A DNA stretch of 63,491 nucleotides, counting the filler, from Octopus bimaculoides (lineage: Eukaryota), in the NCBI RefSeq assembly GCF_001194135.2. It is 6 parts of 6 records of this genome, joined end to end, with 100 filler letters (N's around TTAATTAATTAA, not from the genome) between each part and the next. Parts side by side here need not be neighbours in the genome. Positions count along the whole stretch, not along the records: positions 61,565 to 63,491 come from NC_068997.1; 5 more parts are not named here. One strand, 5' to 3'. Made by a program: the position numbers and the translations under genes. The stretch's first letter is position 1, and each line of letters begins with the position of its first letter. Below are positions 61,602 through 63,491 of the stretch, in pieces. The notes beneath the pieces were generated by a model. That model did not search any database, was not told the DNA's origin, and saw nothing but the letters and a program-made list of their open reading frames with translations.

Positions 61602-62392
61602 ATACACCCACATAAATTCATTTATAGGTATACAAATATATTCATACGTGCGCTTACGCAAATATGCATACTCATGCGCATGAACACACACATACACATG
61701 CATGCAAGCCCGTACATGCAAAGATAGATACTGTAGATGCCAAAGTGAACTTTATCAGTTCGTGGTTTCACTACTTCCGTATATTTTCATATTCTTCATC
61801 TCTTCGCTGCACTCAAACATTTCCAATCTCGAACTTCACAAATACCATTCTTGTAGATACAGACCACCACAGGTTTCCAGGAACCCTTATTTATGCTTTT
61901 AGTTGTTTATTTATTTATTTATTTATTTATTTATTCAAAACTTTCAACAGATGAAATGTCTTACTTATCTTTGTCCTTTTGCCGTTGCGAGCATGTCGAA
62001 GCAGCGCCTTCAAAGTTTTAGTCGATCAAATCAAGCCCAATACCTATTTTAAGTTCGAGAGCGAGCAGCAAAGTTACTGAGATGTAAACAGACCAACAGC
62101 GGTTATCAAGTGTTAGTGAGAGGGAGACAAACAACATATATATATATATATACATATCTGCATTTTAAATGAATAATACATAGTCTATTGACTGTTTTTA
62201 CTCTCGCTAGACCACTGGTGGTAAATAAAATTTCTAAAGTTTTTTTTGCTACCCTATAATTTATTAATAATGATATATATATATANNNNNNNNNNNNNNN
62301 NNNNNNNNNNNNNNNNNNNNNNNNNNNNNNNNNNNNNNNNNNNNNNNNNNNNNNNNNNNNNNNNNNNNNNNNNNNNNNNNNNNNNNNNNNNN

Positions 62393-62428
<36 letters not shown>

Positions 62429-62429
62429 C

Positions 62430-62595
62430 TCTTTTATTCTCTTACTTGTTTCAGTCTTTTGACTGCGGCCAAGCTGGAGTACCGCCTTAAATGATTTTAG
62501 TCGAAGAAATCGATCCCAATGTGCCACGCAGTGGGACTGGACCCGGGGCTATGTGATTTGGAAGCAAGCTTATTACCATACAGCCACGCCTACGC
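62430..62595 (-). mobile_element. SINE family B with large internal deletion
   Basis: The 3' end is joined to the head at ..atcgatcccaa|tgtgccacgcagtggg; CCCA microhomology. Confidence 0.75.
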
Positions 62596-62617
62596 CAATA
62601 TATATATATATATATAT

Positions 62618-62660
<43 letters not shown>

Positions 62661-63456
62661 CCTTTCATAGAGCTTCCGTCTAAAAATTGCTCTCACAAGG
62701 CATTTGCTGTCCCGAGTGTCGTGCTATGGAAGTGAACCCGAAATTGTGCCGTTAGAAAACGAGTTTCTTAATCACACAGTTCTTTGTGAGAACAAAGAAT
62801 TCTTCTTTCATTTTATGTATGACACAATCATCAGTTGAACTGCACCATCCCCTTCCTCCTTCATATTTATTATTAACAGAAGCTTGCATAGAACCCCGTT
62901 CTATTTCAAATCCATGCATCTGTAATCAGCTGTTGAACTACGCTCACGCCCTTGTTCTAGCTAGTATTTATAACGATCAGCTGAAATTCAATCTTGATCC
63001 TTGAGCAAGTTCATTATCAGTAGTTGAGTGAACTACGTCGCTCTTCCATCAAGTGTCTGTTATATGAAGCATCACTGATTCATAGAACACTTCATTATCA
63101 GTAGATTAACTTTGTCCCTATTCTAATTTTCTTTTAAGGATTTGTACGGAAGTTAGCTTCATGCCGCAGACATTGCTGCGAGGATCGCAACAGATAGGAC
63201 TTCGCTACAAAGACCCATGGGGCAGGAACTGGTGGTATTGGTGGTAGTGGAGGTGGCGGCGGTGGCGGTGGCGGTGGTAGTAGTGGTGGTGGTCGTCGTC
63301 GTTGTCGTCGGTATTGTGGTTGTGGTGGTGGTGGTGGTGGAAACGGTAGTGGTTGCGTAGGTGTTAAACCGGGCGATGAATTGTGCCTACAACCCCAAAC
63401 TAGTATCAATGTCAAGAAGTTGAAATTCAACACATGTATGCATGTATGTATGTACG

Positions 63457-63491
<35 letters not shown>

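Noticed and set aside
63134-63433. Poly-proline ORF
   Set aside because: Derived from a (GGT/GGC)n microsatellite; no domain. The plus-strand acceptor at 63138 has stops in all three frames.

Overview
This is eukaryotic, AT-rich, extremely microsatellite-rich draft-assembly DNA. About 7 kb (~11%) is N gaps, five of them 100-bp placeholders carrying the six-frame-stop spacer TTAATTAATTAA. The SINE families and the (TA)n/(CA)n/(TACA)n/triplet density look like an octopus (coleoid cephalopod) genome; this is inference from pattern recognition, not a database search. No intact protein-coding gene could be supported, and almost all ORF-track entries are microsatellite or N artefacts. The window is a transposon graveyard. 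It holds several tRNA-derived SINE families, an RTE-tailed non-autonomous element, R4/Dong-like RLE LINE fragments, RTE, CR1/Jockey and CRE-like fragments, many Penelope-like (PLE) remnants, and one internally deleted DD37D (maT) Tc1/mariner element with TIRs and a TA duplication. The most interesting signals are five. (1) Several minimal hammerhead-ribozyme-like motifs sit in PLE terminal repeats, including a three-copy family with a non-canonical CUG-U-Y-GA-A core and a palindromic ACGU stem III. (2) One PLE is bracketed by inverted terminal repeats. (3) Tandem arrays appear to be born from SINE-like sequence: a 21-bp minisatellite from a SINE head and a ~145-bp x6 array. (4) A nested inverted SINE pair could form long dsRNA. 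(5) One insertion has an apparent ~68-bp target-site duplication. A few promoter-like motif clusters and isolated candidate exons exist but are low confidence.
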